From contig CAKKRH010000001.1 in the NCBI GenBank assembly GCA_919902675.1, positions 3 to 64,002 on the forward strand: a stretch of DNA of 64,000 bases, read 5' to 3'. The translations under genes were made by a program, and so were the position numbers. Below the pieces are notes generated by a model. That model saw only the letters and a list, made by a program, of their open reading frames with translations, was not told the DNA's origin and did not search any database. Source of the DNA: Omnitrophica bacterium GWA2_41_15 (GTDB taxonomy: Bacteria; Omnitrophota; Gorgyraeia; Gygaellales; UBA12090). This document shows, piece after piece, positions 61,064 through 64,000 of the stretch (positions within the stretch are counted from its first letter, which is position 1; each line of letters opens with the position of its first letter).

Positions 61064-61176
61064 TTCCGTTTCCACAGGACTATGTTGTCTTTTCTGGAGT
61101 ACGCATATGAAGATGAGCTTAATAAGGTATCTACTTATATACCAAAAGGTTAATATAAATAGAATGGGATTAAGCT

Positions 61177-62184
61177 ATGAAAAATAAGATTACTGAAATA
61201 CCGTCAAAGGGCGAAATTATCATTTACCGGACCAAAGACAAGAAAATCCAGCTTGAAGTTAAATTGGAGCAGGAAACGGTTTGGCTTTCTCAGAAACAAA
61301 TTGCCGACTTGTTTATTAAAGATATCCGTACGATTAATGAGCATATACAAAACATATTCAAAGAAAAGGAGTTAAAGAAAAATTCAGTTATCCGGAATTT
61401 CCGGATAACTGCCGCTGATGGTAAAAGCTACGAGACAAATTTCTATAATCTCGATGTAATTATTTCAGTTGGGTACCGTATAAAATCCCAGAACGGCACA
61501 CGGTTCCGTATTTGGGCTACGAATGTACTAAGAAGGCATCTTATAGATGGCTATACATTGAATGAAAAGCGCTTAAAGGAGCAAACTCTAAAACTTCAGG
61601 CCTTGCAACGGGCAGTAAAGCTTATTGGCAGCATGAAGGATCGTAAACAACTTGAATATAAAGAGGCCATGGGATTGCTTGAAGTTATCAGCGATTATAA
61701 TTACGCACTAGGCCTCTTGGATGATTATGATTACAAGCGGCTCAAGGTGTCGCATACTTCTAAAGAAGAGAAATTCATATTAAGCCAGGAAGCCGCATTG
61801 AGGGCGGTTGAAAAGTTAAAAGAAAAAATTGGCTGCTCTGACCTTTTTGGCGTGATGCGCGATAAATCTTTTGAAAGCTCAATTTCTTCAATTTATCAGA
61901 CATTCAGTGGAAGGGACTTGTACCCAAGCGTTGAGGAGAAAGCGGCTAATCTTCTTTACTTTATTGTCAAGAACCATTCGTTTGTTGATGGTAATAAGCG
62001 GATCGCTGCCTCAATATTTTTATGGTTTTTAGGGAAAAATGGTATCTTGTATAAAGAAGATGGTTCAAAGCGCATTGCCGATAATGCTTTAGTCTCCTTG
62101 ACTTTAATAACTGCTGAAAGCAAGCCCAGCGAGCGCAACGTTATCGTTACTCTGGTTGTGAATCTGATAAACAGGAATAATTAA
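61177..62184 (+). CDS. RhuM-like N-terminal domain fused to Fic/Doc domain protein
   Basis: N-terminus ...ETVWLSQKQIADLF...NLDVIISVGYRIKS..GTRFRIWAT is RhuM-like. The C-terminal HSFVDGNKRIAA is the Fic/Doc HxFxDGNKR motif. Confidence 0.8.
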   Translation: MKNKITEIPSKGEIIIYRTKDKKIQLEVKLEQETVWLSQKQIADLFIKDIRTINEHIQNIFKEKELKKNSVIRNFRITAADGKSYETNFYNLDVIISVGYRIKSQNGTRFRIWATNVLRRHLIDGYTLNEKRLKEQTLKLQALQRAVKLIGSMKDRKQLEYKEAMGLLEVISDYNYALGLLDDYDYKRLKVSHTSKEEKFILSQEAALRAVEKLKEKIGCSDLFGVMRDKSFESSISSIYQTFSGRDLYPSVEEKAANLLYFIVKNHSFVDGNKRIAASIFLWFLGKNGILYKEDGSKRIADNALVSLTLITAESKPSERNVIVTLVVNLINRNN

Positions 62185-62252
62185 CAATAAGGACACAGTT
62201 CCAGTGTAATTATAGTTATCGTATAGATATAAAATAAAACGGCCCCAGTAAG

Positions 62253-62379
62253 ATCAAAAGACGCTCTATATAATTCATTGCGTTGCAATAGGTTGCAAAA
62301 CAATTCCATGGAATACATAAAGTATAATTGTTTTGTAATTCATTCAGCGTGATAAGGTTAGATAAAGCGTCTTGTGAGT
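62253..62379 (+). repeat. 127-bp perfect direct repeat, copy 2
   Basis: Identical to 60828-60954 and 1425 bp downstream of it. Confidence 0.9.
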
Positions 62380-62414
62380 TTCTTTTGTGAGTTAAGCGTC
62401 CTGAGGATATTTGC

Positions 62415-62669
62415 ATGACGCATCGGGCAGAGGACGCGGACCCAAATGTGCCTTGGAATTTCTGCGGACATGTCCATGAAAAATATAAGGTGAAACGATT
62501 AAGCGAGAATTCTTTGGTTGTGAATCTCTGCGTCAAGGTGTGGAATTATTATCCGGTTTCATTTGAAGAGATTGGTTCCGCTGTCTCCGCGTTCTTGAAG
62601 GAAGAAAAGAAAGCCTGTGCCCAAAGGGACAAACGGGACATGAACAGGACAAACGCGACAAAGGCGTAA
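62415..62669 (+). pseudogene. 3' fragment of a metallophosphoesterase gene
   Basis: FCGHVHEKYKV...VVNLCVKVWNYYPVSFEEI resembles the C-terminal third of calcineurin-like phosphoesterases. No N-terminal metal motifs are present. It starts just after repeat copy 2. Confidence 0.45.
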
Positions 62670-62731
62670 TTGGCTCAGATAAAAAGCTTATGAATGATTC
62701 TAACAAGGAAAGTAAAAATATATCCGAAGGC

Positions 62732-62787
62732 CAAACGTGCGGGCTGCCAAGTCCGGCTGCAAACGTGCGGGCTGCCAAGTCCGGCCG
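62732..62787 (+). repeat. 28-nt tandem direct repeat (2 units)
   Basis: CAAACGTGCGGGCTGCCAAGTCCGGCTG followed by the same unit with one T-to-C change. Confidence 0.8.
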
Positions 62788-62796
62788 CCAAGCATG

Positions 62797-62878
62797 CGGG
62801 GTAAAGCTTGCTGCTCAACCTTTACCCCGCGGCGGCTCGGACACGACAGCCGAAGGTCTTTATAAAGACTTTTGGCTG
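62797..62878 (+). repeat. hairpin element B (shorter copy of element A)
   Basis: GGGGTAAAG (62798-806) / CTTTACCCC (62820-28) with a 13-nt loop. The palindrome is degraded to ...AAAGACTTTTGG. Confidence 0.8.
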
Positions 62879-62922
62879 ACGAATGTCTGTGATTCGCCGG
62901 CAGGGGAAAATAGGATAGGTTG

Positions 62923-64000
62923 ATGGAAAGAATTATTCTAAATATCTCCGGGATGCATTGCGCTTCTTGCGCGGGGAATATTGAGGGCGCGCTGAAGAAT
63001 GCCGCAGGCGTCCAAGGTGCCCGGGTGAATTTTGCCTTGGAGAAGGCGGAGATTGAGTTTGATCCGCGGGTGTTAAGGGCCAAAGATGCCATTACCGTAA
63101 TAGAAAAGGCAGGGTATAAAGCCTTTATTCCCGAAGAAGGTATTGATCGGGAAAGGGAATCGCGGGAAAAAGAGGTCCGAAGCCTTAAAATACGTTTTAT
63201 TATTGCCGCTATTTTATCCGGAATTTTAATGTATGTGGCAATGGGGCATTGTCTGGGGTTGTGCCTGGCGCATTGTATCACCCAGAATAGCCCGCTTATC
63301 CAGTTTATCCTGGCCAGCGCCGTGCTGGCCGCGGGCGGGCAATTCTTCAGCCGGGGGCTAAGAGCGGTCTTTAAAAACCGCCAGGCCTCAATGGATACCC
63401 TGGTGGCATTAGGGGTAGGTAGCGCCTATCTTTACAGCGTATTTGTAAGCCTGGCTATTTGGAGAGGTAATGCCGCTTTCAGCTCAAATGACCTTTACTA
63501 TGAGGTGGCTGCTTTTTTGATTACCTTTATCCTCTTAGGTAAATACCTGGAGGCCATTACCAAACGCAAGACCTCTCAGGCCATTCGCAGGCTCTGGGGT
63601 CTGCGGCCAAAGACCGCCCTGGTGATCCAGCAGGGCCGGGAAATAGAGGCGCGGCTTGAGGATTTAAGGGTGGGCGATTTGATCGCGATTAAGCCCGGAG
63701 GGAGGATCCCGGTTGACGGTGAGATTATTGAAGGCTATTCCAGCGTGGATGAATCGGTGATAACCGGGGAGAGCATCCCGGTGGAAAAGAATGCCGGGGA
63801 CGCGGTGATTGCCGGATCTATCAATAAGCACGGGGCCTTTACCTTTAGGGCCCAAAAGGTAGGCCGGGAAACTACTCTCGCCCAAATCATAAAATTAGTG
63901 GAAGATGCCCAAATGTCCAAGGCCCCTATCCAGGAGCTGGCGGATAAAGTTGCCTCCATTTTTGTCCCGGTAGTCTTAGTCATTGCCTTTTTGGCCTTTT
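62923..64000 (+). CDS. copA: copper-translocating P1B-type ATPase, 3' end outside window
   Basis: Open frame from ATG 62923 to the window edge. HMA domain ILNISGMHCASCAGNIEGAL, and an actuator region DESVITGESIPVEK in frame at about 63745. Confidence 0.9.
   Translation, partial: MERIILNISGMHCASCAGNIEGALKNAAGVQGARVNFALEKAEIEFDPRVLRAKDAITVIEKAGYKAFIPEEGIDRERESREKEVRSLKIRFIIAAILSGILMYVAMGHCLGLCLAHCITQNSPLIQFILASAVLAAGGQFFSRGLRAVFKNRQASMDTLVALGVGSAYLYSVFVSLAIWRGNAAFSSNDLYYEVAAFLITFILLGKYLEAITKRKTSQAIRRLWGLRPKTALVIQQGREIEARLEDLRVGDLIAIKPGGRIPVDGEIIEGYSSVDESVITGESIPVEKNAGDAVIAGSINKHGAFTFRAQKVGRETTLAQIIKLVEDAQMSKAPIQELADKVASIFVPVVLVIAFLAF
62932..62949 (+). repeat. 18-bp direct repeat (right copy, inside copA codons 4-9)
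   Basis: ATTATTCTAAATATCTCC, identical to 56875-56892. Confidence 0.75.

Noticed and set aside
62700-63281. 193-aa minus-strand ORF spanning the repeat region and the copA start
   Set aside because: It is antisense to the copA HMA domain and to non-coding repeats, and no motifs were recognised.

Overview
The window is 64 kb of bacterial DNA, about mid-40s % GC by eye. Gene content suggests an uncultivated diderm anaerobe or microaerophile: superoxide reductase, hemerythrin, TolC/RND efflux and DUF362 are all present. I found no rRNA gene, tRNA gene or CRISPR array. About 70 CDS are supported, and all lie on the + strand except a tldD/pmbA pair.

Gene blocks, left to right:
- 2.3-9.2 kb: an Fe-S and oxidative-stress block. 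It encodes NifS, Nfu, a Fur/PerR-like repressor, peroxiredoxin, VIT1, a Tpx-PCD fusion, DJ-1/PfpI, hemerythrin and superoxide reductase.
- 9.5-12.5 kb: a 982-aa secreted protein of unknown function.
- 12.5-13.1 kb: an AbrB/RelE-type toxin-antitoxin (TA) pair.
- 13.1-24.8 kb: a large sulfur-assimilation cluster, which I rate the most interesting system here. It encodes an Rrf2 regulator, CysH, an ABC importer and a JAMM protease, with hemB/hemL embedded. Downstream come a ThiS-like carrier with CysK, a sulfite reductase fused to TusA, a ThrC-like enzyme with a MoaD-like carrier, then an E1-like MoeB/ThiF and a NIL protein.
- 24.8-42.5 kb: housekeeping and accessory genes. These include RlmB, DUF362, a wHTH-nucleotidyltransferase (MNT)/HEPN pair, TldD/PmbA opposite an ATP-grasp-like gene, an SPL-like radical SAM enzyme, hydrolases, an ArfB-like factor, AzoR and a CheC-like protein.
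- 42.7-54.9 kb: a copper/metal locus. It encodes CsoR, CusCBA, a P2-type ATPase, an ArsB/NhaD permease, DUF1622, a YHS protein and a CcmH-DUF1573-cupredoxin protein.
- 55-62.9 kb: an accessory stretch of TA modules, gene fragments and repeats. It ends exactly at the start codon of copA, which runs off the right edge.

Two non-coding themes recur. Heptanucleotide tandem arrays occur between genes and in frame inside conserved genes. Several families of GC-rich hairpin or palindromic repeats also recur across the window.

Every functional call rests on my reading of the translated ORFs and remembered family motifs. No database search was run.
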